From Diplonema japonicum (Eukaryota; Protista; Euglenozoa: Diplonemea): 64,000 nucleotides of DNA. The stretch is taken from NCBI GenBank assembly GCA_964019335.1, contig OZ025671.1, positions 62,001 to 126,000 on the forward strand, read 5' to 3'. Below, one piece after another: positions 1-10,212 of this stretch; positions within the stretch are counted from its first letter, which is position 1, and every line of letters starts with the position of its first letter. Made by a program: the position numbers and the translations under genes. A model generated the notes under the pieces. The model was not told the DNA's origin and ran no database searches. It saw only the letters and a program-made list of their open reading frames with translations.

Positions 1-3000
1 TTCAAGAACGGCGTGCGTCCCTTCTCATCTTCCATCTCTATGACAGCCTCTAAGTACCCAACGTCTGCCAGGGCAGCTATTGTCGGGCCGGGTCCAAACA
101 ATAGTTTTGCTTCTGTGCTTAGAATTCCAGCACACGCCGCCTTGTGGCAAAGCGACTCCTTTAACTCTTCACCACCCATTCGCTCTCCACTAGGTATCGT
201 GATCAAACCGCACCTTTGCATCGGGTAAAGAACCTTAGCGATCCCCTTGCTGCAACATATATCAGCTATTTGCTCCTTCCCTTCTAGGTCCTTAACTGTT
301 CCAGTGGATATCAAGCTTACAGCAGCAGCAGTCGCCTCGGCGGGGAAGTCGTCAACCTTTCGCAATACTAGCTGGATCGGCGGAGTGGTGTTAAAAGGCG
401 TTGTTAGCGATGCATTCAGCTTCACTGACGCCTTGCACATCAGGTCGAGGGTCTTCCACATTTTGTTTGCTATCACCTCTTGCAGTGGTGTGCCACATTC
501 ATTTGCGCTAATGACGTTGACATTCACACCAGCCGAGATCAATGCCTCGCACACACCTACCTTCTTTTCGACACTGGAGACGGTGGATACTAACGCAAGC
601 TGAAGGAGATTCTTCCCACCAGGAAGTACTGCTTGAATGATCGAGCGCTGCAGCGTGATCAATGTTGTGAGGTGCGTACGGAAGCCGTAGGTTATGCAAC
701 TTTGAACCAAGTGCATCAGCATCGCGGGGCTAAGGTCGTTACTGAAGCAAGGAAGGAGCAGAGTGAGGATGCTGTCTTTCTCATGGTAGTCGCCCTTGGA
801 ATGTAACGCCAGCGACAACGGGTGTTCAACGACAGAAAGCGACCTGTCCCATGTCCATGACGGCGACTTGGTCCTTATGAAGTTGTCCACAAGAACCGGT
901 CGGCACTGGTCGCAGAGGACCTGAAGGATGGTCCTGTACCCTGTGGGCGACTCCGGTACCACGATCAGAGCATCGGGATCGGGGCTCCTCAAGAGGAGCA
1001 ACATGAATATGTCTAGCACAGTGCTCTTACGTGTAATATCAGAAAGACGCTGCTGGAAGTCTGGCGTATCATAAGGGGGCACTCTCAGCAAGGCAGAGAG
1101 AGGGGTATAGTCAGAAAAGACACTCAGGTCGCTAAACTCACCCTCTTTTAGCAAAACATCAACAACACTCGTGTAGCATCGGCATGCCGCAATATGGATG
1201 GGGCTGCTGTACGGACGGTCCCGCATTGACCTCAGGTTGCACTTTTTCGTTTGTAAAATTGCTAATGCCATCTGTACACTCTTGTCGTCAGTGCTGTCGT
1301 ACAGCAGAGCTGTCAGCAGGGGTGTGTTTCCCGTATCCCCTTCGCAATGCAACCACGAGTCGTCTGCAGTATTCAGAAACTTGTTGCAAATCCTTGAAAC
1401 AACCCCAGTCATCCCATGTTCCACCGCAAGGCAGAGAAACGAAGGAGCTAAGAGTCCCACTCCCTCAGAATCGGCTTGAATTGCATCAAGTAGCTGCAAT
1501 ATGACCGCTTCATTCCTGTTGTACGACATCAGTGAGTAGTGCAGTGGAGAAAAGCCTGCTCTATCAGATGTGATCACAAAACCTGCTTCCAGAAAAAGGG
1601 AGATTGCACCATTCAGGCACCTATGAGACCTGCACCCCGCTGCGTAATGTAAAGGTGTCTTCCCTTCTGCATCGGCGGTGTCGCAATCAGCATCTTCACA
1701 ATGCGTAAGTATTGTAGTCAGGATGCTCAGCAGCACCGTTTCTTCTTCGGTAGTGTTACGCATCAGATAGTGCAGGCAGTTCTCGTTCTTCTCGTCCAGT
1801 ATATCAGGGCTTGCTCCTGCACACAAAATAACTTGGACTGTCACCTTGTCGGCCTTAGCGCATGCAGCCTGCAGGACTGTGCAGCCAGAAGCGCCCACTA
1901 GATCAAGACACCCACAAGCCGCGTCTGCTAGGATCTCTGCTGTTGCAGACCTTAAATCGTTTTCATAGTGATGGTTAATGACAGAGAGTAACGGAGAGCA
2001 GAAGTCTTTGCCAATGGGGCAACCTGCAGTGAGCAAGCATTGCACACTTTCTGGCAGGCAAGCACTGGCAGCAAAGGCGAGGCATGAAGAGTTCTTCTTA
2101 CCATGAGGACCTTCCCATTGCACCTTTTCTGTTTGGAGAATCGCATTTGCGAGATTCAGCTGCTTCACGTGGGAATTAAAACACAAGTATAGAGGTGTTT
2201 CGCCCGTTAGTGTCCACTTGTTCACGTCGACGCCAACCTCTAGTAGTCGCAAGGCTACATTTGTATTGTTTTGAGTAATGGCCAAACAGAGAGCAGTAGA
2301 ACCTTGTAGGTATCCATCACAGCAAATGTCTGACGTGTCCAGTAGCTCCAGTACGTCTTTTTCACCGTTGACAACAAGCCCTGCAGCGACACATGAGTTC
2401 CCTGTGTTGGGGTCGAAATTGATGCACCTCAAGAGACACCTGATGATTGACAGCTCGCCAAATAACATACATAAATGGCACAGCTGTATTCCGTGAAAGG
2501 TCTCGTTGCATATCTTCTCCAGCAGATCATGGTTCAGGCACTTGACTGTCTCGAAGAATAGCGAGAACAGTGCACGCTCCGATATTCTGTTCAGCACCTC
2601 AAAGATGGTTGCCTGAGACACGAAGCTGTGAAAAAGCCTGTTGATGGACGTTATGAAGGGTGACAGGTTGCTGTATGCTTCACACGTCTGCAACAGGAGG
2701 TACAGCGTGTCTACTGCTGACTCGAGAATGGCTATTTCGTGGCTTATGACTGTTATCTCGCTGTGCATGGGTAAGAGGACGTCGTGTGCGTTGGCACCGT
2801 GTGCCAAAAACCTCACAGCATGTGTGCCTGGCTTCAGTGCTTTGACACGCAGTTTCGCAAATGAGACTGCAGGGCTGAAGCACAGTGTCTCGGGGTCGAA
2901 CTGTATGCCACCAGAAGAGCAACACGGCTGCAAGACAAGTGAGTACAGCTTCGTGAGAGGGTTCACAGTCATTGTCAATGAGATCTCGCTCCCCTGCCTC

Positions 3001-3395
3001 AATTCGGCATACCACCTTAAGCAAGACAGCTTGGGGGGAAGCAAGGGGACTGGCTGTGATAGCTTCATCTTCTCGAGCATCACCTTTCTGTCCATTTCAA
3101 TGATGTAGCTGTCCATACAGATGTCGTTCATTATTTCCACAAACACTGCTGCATCTTCTCCAAACATATCTTGGAAGCTCTGCCCGTACTCCCGTAAGGG
3201 GTCACCCCCACCATAAGCGACAGCCATTGCCACAAAAGCCTCACAACGCGACGACGGTTGTTCTAAAGGCACCACATAGCAGCAGGCTACACCCTCAAAC
3301 TGGATGGCATAGCACAGCGTTCCCTCACATTTGGCGATGGAAGCCTTCTCTTCAAGGATATTGCCTTCAATGCTACAGCAAGAGATTCTGGCCAT
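1..3395 (-). CDS. Large ankyrin-repeat protein (>1100 aa, 3' end runs off the window)
   Basis: ATG at 3395 (MARISCCSIEG). The frame is absent from the ORF track, consistent with no stop inside the window, and the same frame reads correctly at the window edge. Ankyrin motifs: GSTALCLAITQNNTNVALRLLEVGVDVNKWTLTGETPLYLC, DAEGKTPLHYAAG, DRAGFSPLHY, DEKGRTPFL. Confidence 0.85.
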   Translation of the reverse strand, partial: MARISCCSIEGNILEEKASIAKCEGTLCYAIQFEGVACCYVVPLEQPSSRCEAFVAMAVAYGGGDPLREYGQSFQDMFGEDAAVFVEIMNDICMDSYIIEMDRKVMLEKMKLSQPVPLLPPKLSCLRWYAELRQGSEISLTMTVNPLTKLYSLVLQPCCSSGGIQFDPETLCFSPAVSFAKLRVKALKPGTHAVRFLAHGANAHDVLLPMHSEITVISHEIAILESAVDTLYLLLQTCEAYSNLSPFITSINRLFHSFVSQATIFEVLNRISERALFSLFFETVKCLNHDLLEKICNETFHGIQLCHLCMLFGELSIIRCLLRCINFDPNTGNSCVAAGLVVNGEKDVLELLDTSDICCDGYLQGSTALCLAITQNNTNVALRLLEVGVDVNKWTLTGETPLYLCFNSHVKQLNLANAILQTEKVQWEGPHGKKNSSCLAFAASACLPESVQCLLTAGCPIGKDFCSPLLSVINHHYENDLRSATAEILADAACGCLDLVGASGCTVLQAACAKADKVTVQVILCAGASPDILDEKNENCLHYLMRNTTEEETVLLSILTTILTHCEDADCDTADAEGKTPLHYAAGCRSHRCLNGAISLFLEAGFVITSDRAGFSPLHYSLMSYNRNEAVILQLLDAIQADSEGVGLLAPSFLCLAVEHGMTGVVSRICNKFLNTADDSWLHCEGDTGNTPLLTALLYDSTDDKSVQMALAILQTKKCNLRSMRDRPYSSPIHIAACRCYTSVVDVLLKEGEFSDLSVFSDYTPLSALLRVPPYDTPDFQQRLSDITRKSTVLDIFMLLLLRSPDPDALIVVPESPTGYRTILQVLCDQCRPVLVDNFIRTKSPSWTWDRSLSVVEHPLSLALHSKGDYHEKDSILTLLLPCFSNDLSPAMLMHLVQSCITYGFRTHLTTLITLQRSIIQAVLPGGKNLLQLALVSTVSSVEKKVGVCEALISAGVNVNVISANECGTPLQEVIANKMWKTLDLMCKASVKLNASLTTPFNTTPPIQLVLRKVDDFPAEATAAAVSLISTGTVKDLEGKEQIADICCSKGIAKVLYPMQRCGLITIPSGERMGGEELKESLCHKAACAGILSTEAKLLFGPGPTIAALADVGYLEAVIEMEDEKGRTPFL

Positions 3396-3471
3396 GCATG
3401 CATTTCGTGTAAGTCTGTGTGCGATTGAAAAAAGTATAAAACTCAGAACAATGATGACGTGCTAAGCCCGA

Positions 3472-5425
3472 CTAGTCGATGTCGTCGGTGCTGGTCACAG
3501 GAGCCGGAGGGAGTATTGGTGTTGGGTTCTCAACTTCCCCCTTACTCCTTTTTGGCTCAGGGCTTGGTGTAGGTTCGCTTGGTTCCGTGCGCTTTCGCAC
3601 CTCTTTCACCACCTTGTGTGCTTCCGGGAATCGCGTTGTGAGGCTGTTGAGCATCTTGACGACCTTGAAAGCAACACTATCACGTGCTGCATCTTGACTC
3701 TCCTGCATTTTCCCCATAAAGACCGCTTCATCGAATTTTCCTTCAGCATGGAAGGGCCGTTTCTGTTTCAGCGTAACCCGTGCCTGGTACATAACGCCGG
3801 TTAACGACGATTCTGATTTCCAGTCTGACATCGTATACGTGGGCATTGGGTGGTCTCGCGAGGCAAGCCAGTCTTCAAGCTTGATCGCACTCCCCACCTC
3901 CACAGAGCTGCCTGATGACGACCGGACTACTTTTCTTGGCTCCAAAAACGCGACCTGTAGGTCACCCCTTCCGACGATCTGTATTGTTTCTTTTGATCAG
4001 AAGCACTTTTCGCATACCTCGTTCCCCCGCAGTACAGGCATCCCCATGTTCTCCACTGTTTCCACATCGCCAAAGTTCTTGTCAGCAGTCGAGATGACCA
4101 CCTGTTGGAATGTTGAGATCGGTTGTTATGCGGCATACCTTTTCCCCAATTCTGAATACAAGCTCTTTATTCTTAAAGAAGAACATCTGCCCATCCCCTA
4201 TGTGCACCGATATCTGCAACACATCCCCCGGGCCATACGGCTGCACTACTGCCTTAGACTTGGTGGAACCCAAATTGTAGACATTCCCATCGCTGTTCCA
4301 CACCACACCCCACTTGCCCTTCGCCACGTCACTGTGGTACCTCCTCTCACAGTGGGCATGTGGTGGTGCCAACCCCACCACAACCTCGTCGCCTGCTTTC
4401 TTCGTAATCTTCCATGAGGCGCTGTGGATGCCATCGATCGACTTGAACACCTTCTTCCCCAACGCTGCTTGCAAAGCACCTGGCAACCTGATTCTAGAAG
4501 CAGTTGCCTCTTTGTCCTTCAGTCTGATACCTTTCCCAACAGGCGGCTTCCATCCTTCGCCGCCTTCCGACTGGCCTGGCTCTGTGCTGCCTTTTATAGA
4601 CGCTAGGATGTCTTTCGGCAGAGGGTGCGGCGGGAGCAGTGTGACACCAACACCACAGAGTTCAGATAAGATATCACAATAAGCGCATAGCGGGCCTTCG
4701 ATCTTACCGAGTTGTCCATGAGTCAATCTTTCAAGTCGGATGTCATGTCTCTTGCTTGGGTCGGGGTCCAGATAGTGTCTGTGCTCAATGTCATCACCTG
4801 TTCTACGATAGAGCGTGTGCGGGACTTGCCTGATCTCATACACAAGGTCCTGTATCCTCCCGCCCAATACCTGGTCGCCTTGGTCGGGGTAGTGGAGCTT
4901 CGTGCCCGTCTTCCAACCGGGCATGATGGGCACGACAAGGGTCTTCCGCTCTTGGATCAGGTCGCCATTCACCATGCGCCCCCGTTTGATCTGTATGGTT
5001 TTGTTGCACCCCCTAAACAGCTCCTCGAGGGTCACAGACAGTTCCTCCGTCACCACACTCTTGTGCATCCCTTCCATGAGAGGGCCCGTGTAGCTCATTG
5101 CTTCCTGTTTCTCAATTGTTCGCAGTGTGTTCGTGTCCGGGTCCACCAGAGCGGTGTACGCATCGTTGATCTCTTTGAAGCGACGCTCGGCGATAGCCAC
5201 GTTGTTGAGATTCCTGTCAGGATGCCACCTCAGCGACTGCCTTTTGTAAGCTTTGGTAACTTCCTGTGCCGTGGCGTCGTGCGGCACGCCCAGGGCATCG
5301 TGGTAGCTGATGGTCGCCTCCACCACCATTGGGTTCACATCAATTTTTTCATCAGCTTGTTTCTTCACCCGACTCCCGAACATCTTTGTGATACCTGATT
5401 CCTCTGTTGTGATACTAAGAAACAT
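3472..5425 (-). CDS. J-domain (DNAJB-like) protein with SPRY-like and C-terminal dsRBD-like domains; 3 exons
   Basis: J domain with HPD (LRWHPDRN), DnaJ-C motifs (LSVTLEELFRG, IMPGWKTGTK, DLVYEI) and a SPRY-like region (VVVGLA...YGPGDVLQISVHIGDGQMFFFKN). Introns 4102-4138 and 3979-4017 join it in frame to ORF 3472-3945, which has a dsRBD pattern (LEDWLASRDHPMPTY...YQARVTL...SQDAARDSVAFKVVKML). The real start may be the ATG at 5383. Confidence 0.8.
3979..4017 (-). other. 39-nt GT-AG intron
   Basis: GTATGC...ATACAG, contains an in-frame TGA; removal gives GNE|IVGRGDLQVAFLEPRK in frame with ORF 3472-3945. Confidence 0.8.
4102..4138 (-). other. 37-nt GT-AG intron
   Basis: GTATGC...CCAACAG; removal restores an open frame (GEK|VVIST). 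Confidence 0.8.
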
Positions 5426-5452
5426 TCAAAACAAATATTTTACCTAAACTAA

Positions 5453-6346
5453 TCACGAGGACTTGCGCGGGTTCTGTATCGCAGAGGCGCAAACAGGGCA
5501 AGTGGTGAGTTGTGTGGAACATGCAGCACACGTGCAGAAGTGCTGACAAGGGTTAAATGTCACGGACTTAGGTGATGTGTTGCAGATGATGCACCTCGGT
5601 GACAGCTGCTGGAGGTGGCTGATAACAGCCTGCGACAAGGCACGAAACCGTTTAGCTTCTGCTTTAGTGGTGAACTCTTTCCCCGGTCTAAGCCCCCATC
5701 GCCATCTATCATGTGTATTACACAACCAGTTCAGTGCCTCCTTCGTGTCAACGCTGAACGCACTACTCCCGTCATCGGCTTGGATGCTTTCCGGCAGCGC
5801 AGCCTGGGCCTCAAGGTCGCCGAGGATGTCACGCAGGGTGTGACAGTCGAGTTCTCCATTCAGCCTGTTGATTACACCTTCTCCCCCAAGGTTGTACACT
5901 TCCCATCTAATTGCTGTTGCCACGTACCTAGCGTACTCTCTGAAGTCCAACCAGTCTTTCATATTAGGGTGCTTCCCTTCACGCGTGTCTCCAATATCAA
6001 CTAGCCCCGGCACAGGCCGCCCAGTGTACGGTATATAAGGTTTGAAATCCCTTGATTTCTGAACAGAGGCATTGGCCAACTCGTTCCTTTTCGCAGCGTC
6101 GTGCGCACTGCCATTTACGTGCACCCGCAGAGAAGGCTTCGCTGTGACGCGCTGCAACTTTGTCTGCCTTTGCTTGCTCCTGTACAGCACCTGTATGGTG
6201 ATGACCACAAAGAGCACAGTGCACATGACACCTGCCCATAACTCCTGGAATCTAGAAAGACCTAGGTTGGTATCACCAACCCCTATGGGAAGCGTGAGGG
6301 TGGGAACATCTTCTTTTAAAGACATCTGTAAGCAGTGACAGGACAT
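5453..6346 (-). CDS. Membrane-anchored C3HC4 RING-finger protein (putative E3 ligase)
   Basis: N-terminal TM segment (LWAGVMCTVLFVVITIQVLY) and C-terminal CIIC...FNPCQHFCTCAACSTQLTTCPVC. The probable start is the ATG at 6325, directly after a CAG acceptor. Confidence 0.85.
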   Translation of the reverse strand: MSCHCLQMSLKEDVPTLTLPIGVGDTNLGLSRFQELWAGVMCTVLFVVITIQVLYRSKQRQTKLQRVTAKPSLRVHVNGSAHDAAKRNELANASVQKSRDFKPYIPYTGRPVPGLVDIGDTREGKHPNMKDWLDFREYARYVATAIRWEVYNLGGEGVINRLNGELDCHTLRDILGDLEAQAALPESIQADDGSSAFSVDTKEALNWLCNTHDRWRWGLRPGKEFTTKAEAKRFRALSQAVISHLQQLSPRCIICNTSPKSVTFNPCQHFCTCAACSTQLTTCPVCASAIQNPRKSS

Positions 6347-6362
6347 TGAATATATATAAAAA

Positions 6363-7310
6363 CTACGGCACGCACCTCATAACACGATACAGCCGTGTCT
6401 CTTGGTTGCTTGGGAGCCTTCCGCTCAAGAGAGGCAGCTGGAGTCGTTGATGCTTAAGCTGTGCTTCCGCTAACATGTTGAAAAAAGCCTCGTGAGGAGA
6501 ACCCTCTCTGAGAGTGGCAGACAATATAATGGTGGTATCCCTGTGGTGTGACAGCAGAGAAGTGAAAGTAGCGATGAGGTGGTGCCAGCCTTTGTAGCTG
6601 CCGCGGTAGAGGATGTCTGCAGCCAGTACTGTAAGGGGCTCTTCGTCAGGGATAAGCGAGGCTACTTTGTTGTACTGTTCTTCGTCACCCCAGAAATAAT
6701 GCAAAGCCTGCCACCTTCCCCTGCACTGCCCCATGTTACCCACAAGCAAAGGAAGGATTGCAGCGTCACCGTCTGTTGCAATGACAAGGTCAGCACCCCG
6801 GAGACTCGCCATAACCGAAGGCAGTCCCACACCGCAGCCAAGTTCCAGCACCGTCCCTCCCATCTTCAAACCATCAAGGTACGCAGCAAGCACAAATGCA
6901 GCGTCCCACGTGACACTACCAGTTCCTCCTCCTTCATAACGCCATTGCTGATGCACCATCACCTCTCCGGTGTTTGTGAACAAAAACCTTCGTTGCTTTC
7001 CAGTTGCTCCGCCAACAGCCCTGCTCCCCTCTATTTCCTTCTTCCTACCTTCGTCTTCCCTCACCTTCTGCTTGCGCATAATAACAATAACATCGCCCTC
7101 CACGATACCCGCCTCGACAAAACTTTGTCCCACCTTTGCAACTGGCCCAGTCCGCTGGCATTCCACAAACCACCGCGTGTTCGCCGTCCCCTTGCCGAGC
7201 CCCAACTTAGCTTTCATAGAGCCCAAATGCCTTGCGATGCTATCAGAAGCTCTCACCGCATAAGGCACAGCTGTGGAGCAGGGCTCAGCCTTGAGGAGGA
7301 TCACAACCAT
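6363..7310 (-). CDS. Methyltransferase-16 (METTL21/EEF2KMT-like) lysine methyltransferase with an N-terminal ubiquitin-like domain
   Basis: GTGSVTWDAAFVLA, VLELGCGVGL (motif I), VIATDG, VLAADILY. The N-terminal ~80 aa ends SFVEAGIVEGDVIVIM, which is UBL-like. Confidence 0.85.
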   Translation of the reverse strand: MVVILLKAEPCSTAVPYAVRASDSIARHLGSMKAKLGLGKGTANTRWFVECQRTGPVAKVGQSFVEAGIVEGDVIVIMRKQKVREDEGRKKEIEGSRAVGGATGKQRRFLFTNTGEVMVHQQWRYEGGGTGSVTWDAAFVLAAYLDGLKMGGTVLELGCGVGLPSVMASLRGADLVIATDGDAAILPLLVGNMGQCRGRWQALHYFWGDEEQYNKVASLIPDEEPLTVLAADILYRGSYKGWHHLIATFTSLLSHHRDTTIILSATLREGSPHEAFFNMLAEAQLKHQRLQLPLLSGRLPSNQETRLYRVMRCVP

Positions 7311-7331
7311 CTTAATGTACTCCTTTGGTGC

Positions 7332-8468
7332 TTAAGGGTGCCACTCAGACGATTTCAGGAACACACCACGCAGCTCGCTATGGAAGGTGTAAATAGAGCT
7401 TATCCCCTTGCAAACCGGCAGTGCCTTCGCCTGGTTGAGTTGATGTCGCTGGAAACTCTCGAAAGACCCAAAACAATCTAAGACGTGTTCATCTGGCTTC
7501 CCTGTGCTGTACTGCACGCTCACTTCGTGTTCGCAGGGTGCGGACACCACTGGCATGAGAGGGTCAAAGTCGAAGTGCGGTACGGCAGACCGTTCATCGA
7601 AGTCAGCGAAAGTGTAGGCATGCGGGGGTGCCTGTGCTGCCAGAAGAGCGCGCTTTGGGATGTCGTGCAAGGACGTTACGTCTAATGTTCTGGCAGCAGC
7701 ATCGTAAGCCAGTACTACAGTGGCAGGCATCCCCACCGAGGGGGTGAGGTGCTCAAGGCCAACGATTAAGCACGGAGCTCCTGCGACGAGGAAAGGTGCC
7801 TTCTTACTAAGGAGCATGTCATACGCTTTCAGCACCTCGTCAAAGGTCACCAAAACACCTGCTTCACGCACGCTGCTGAGGATGAGTCGTGCTCGCTTCA
7901 AGTGCTCGTTGTAGCGTGCGAGGGACGGCCTCGCGAGGCATAGCTTCGCCTCGTCGGCCGTGAGGCGTAGTACTGATGCCAGCTTGTGTTGCATTAACCA
8001 GGCTGTCATGGCTTTGCTAGTGCGTGAGTTCCTCCCCCGCATGCTGAGCAACACCTCCATGACGGTCAAGGCTGCGGTGTACATGTCGCCTCGCGGGAGG
8101 AGTGCCTGCAATCTGAGCACACTGTCTGCCAGCTGGCCATTGGCTGCTGCTGTTTCTGCTGAGATCACATCCGAGTTGTCAGTGCTTATCTTCGCGATCA
8201 CCTCATTCTGGGAGTAAGCTTTAGTACTGATTAAAGACATCTTGTGTGGCGCATCATGCACCTCGGTGGCGGCCCAGGGGTGACCACCAGACACCGGCAC
8301 GTGCTCATCTTGCGCGTACTCACACACACCCACAACCGCTACCACTGCCACCAATGCCAACACCGTGGCATGTGTTGCTACCGCGTGGTTAGAAGCCTCC
8401 TCAACTTCAGGCTCAGCGTGCGTCGCACGTTGCCGCCTGCGCTTTAACGCAGCCCCCGAGGCATGCAT
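7332..8468 (-). CDS. TM-anchored, degenerate SET-domain (Rubisco LSMT-like) protein
   Basis: 378-aa ORF with a TM segment (VLALVAVVAVVGVC) and an LSMT-like motif order: LISTKAYSQNEVIAKI...TFDEVLKAYDMLLSK...CLIVGLEHLTPS...LDVTSLHDIP. The ORF is solid; the SET call is weak. Confidence 0.55.
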   Translation of the reverse strand: MHASGAALKRRRQRATHAEPEVEEASNHAVATHATVLALVAVVAVVGVCEYAQDEHVPVSGGHPWAATEVHDAPHKMSLISTKAYSQNEVIAKISTDNSDVISAETAAANGQLADSVLRLQALLPRGDMYTAALTVMEVLLSMRGRNSRTSKAMTAWLMQHKLASVLRLTADEAKLCLARPSLARYNEHLKRARLILSSVREAGVLVTFDEVLKAYDMLLSKKAPFLVAGAPCLIVGLEHLTPSVGMPATVVLAYDAAARTLDVTSLHDIPKRALLAAQAPPHAYTFADFDERSAVPHFDFDPLMPVVSAPCEHEVSVQYSTGKPDEHVLDCFGSFESFQRHQLNQAKALPVCKGISSIYTFHSELRGVFLKSSEWHP

Positions 8469-10212
8469 CCTGTTATGGAGAGTGGGAGGGTTAGGTTACT
8501 GCCTACAGAAATAAAAGGAAATGGAGAGGAGTCTTAAAGGCGGGAGGAATCGGGGGAAAGGTAATAAAGAAGAATGGGATAAAAAAATGATAAAGGGGGT
8601 TTTGCTTTCTTTTTTTTCTTTCTCTCGTTTATTTCTTTACTTTCTTTTCTTTTTTTTTCCCCCATATCTTTTTTCTGTCATGCAACCTCATCTCAATCGT
8701 CTGAGACAAAGCCTCCCAAAAACCCAGGAGAGAAGGGGAAAAGAAAGAAAATCGGTTCTGGCTGTTTCTTTGTTGTCTTTTGAATAGAGCAAAAAACGGG
8801 GCCTTGCTGCACTCCCCTCCTAGGGGTATTTTGAGCAGTTTTGAACTCTTTTCTTTTAAGCAAGCAAGGGCTGGTATAACCTTTTCTTTCTTTTTCTTTT
8901 ACTAATTACACACCCAAAATGGAGTCAAACTTGGTATGCGAATCACCTGACGTCCATTTCCCATTTCGTTTTTTTCTTTTTTTTTTCTTTTTTCATGTAG
9001 AAAACAAGATACAGAGAGAGAAAATAAAAGGATCCAAACCAGCCAACAGTGAGAAGGATGGGAGGGGGAAGGGAATGAAAAAAAAAAGAAGAAAAAACAA
9101 GTAGGGGGGAAAAAAAAAACAAAAACAAAGGGAAAAAAAAAAGGAGAGAAATAATAGACACAAAAAAAAAGAAGAAAACAAGCAGGGCGTGGGTGACAGG
9201 ATTCTCTTTTCGAAGCTACAGGCATGGAAAAAAAAAAAAAGAGGGCATGGCACTGATCTATTATTCCTTAAAGGAGGGAAATAAAAAAACCCCTGATCGC
9301 AGTTGTACTAAATTACGCTTTTGGCAACAGGAAAATGTGAGTTCAATTCCACAATTTCATTTAAAGTACAAATACGATCTTTGTTCTTTTAGGTCCCTTT
9401 TCCTCCAGTAAAGTGTCTTTTTGTGGTGCCTTCTGGGGAAATAACCACATCCAGCAGGACTGCCACAAGTCCCCTTTCCTTTTTTTTGCATGCTTGCAGT
9501 GCCATGCCAACTCTTTACTCTTTCCAAGTCTTGTTGTCAGTTAATATGGTGCCGGGGTCAAAATGGCTCCCTACGTGCAAAAAAAAAGAGGGGGGGAAAG
9601 GAAAGATTCAAATAAACAACAAAACCAAAAAAAAAAAAAGCAAAAAAAAAAAAAAAAGAAGAAAAAAAAAACCCCCCTTCCTTTCCCCTTCCCCCCCCTC
9701 TTTCAACCATCCCGTGAAAATTCAAAAAACCTCATATTTTCCCCCCCCGGTTCCAGGCAAGGGAAAAGGACCTTCCACCTTTACTTCAAAAAAAAATCTT
9801 TTTTGGGCCCTTGAGTTTTTCCGCGGCTCGGTTACTATAGGGGGGATACAGCAAGAAAAGAGGGGGCATGAAAAAAGAGAGGACTGTAGAAAGTGTGTTT
9901 TTTGGGGGAGCAGATTCTCGTTCTTTCTTTTCTTTTTCCCCCCCCCCTTTTTTTCTTCTTTTTCTTATCCGTATTTCTTGAAAGGTTGCTTGTTTCAAAA
10001 AAAATTACATTTTTCTGGCGACAGCGAACGATAAATTGAAGGAAAAAAAAAGAGGGGGGAGGGGGGGAGAGGAAAAAAAATATATATAAAAAATCAGTCA
10101 TTGATAATAGGATGGGGGGAAGGGGGGGATAACAAAAAAAGGCTTTTATTTCTCTTTTTTTTGAATTCTTCTTCTTTTCCCATATCTTTTTCTTTTTTTC
10201 GTCTTCTTTTAA

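Noticed and set aside
6579-7481. Long plus-strand ORFs overlapping minus-strand genes throughout the gene blocks
   Set aside because: Antisense shadows of GC-balanced coding sequence with no domain motifs.
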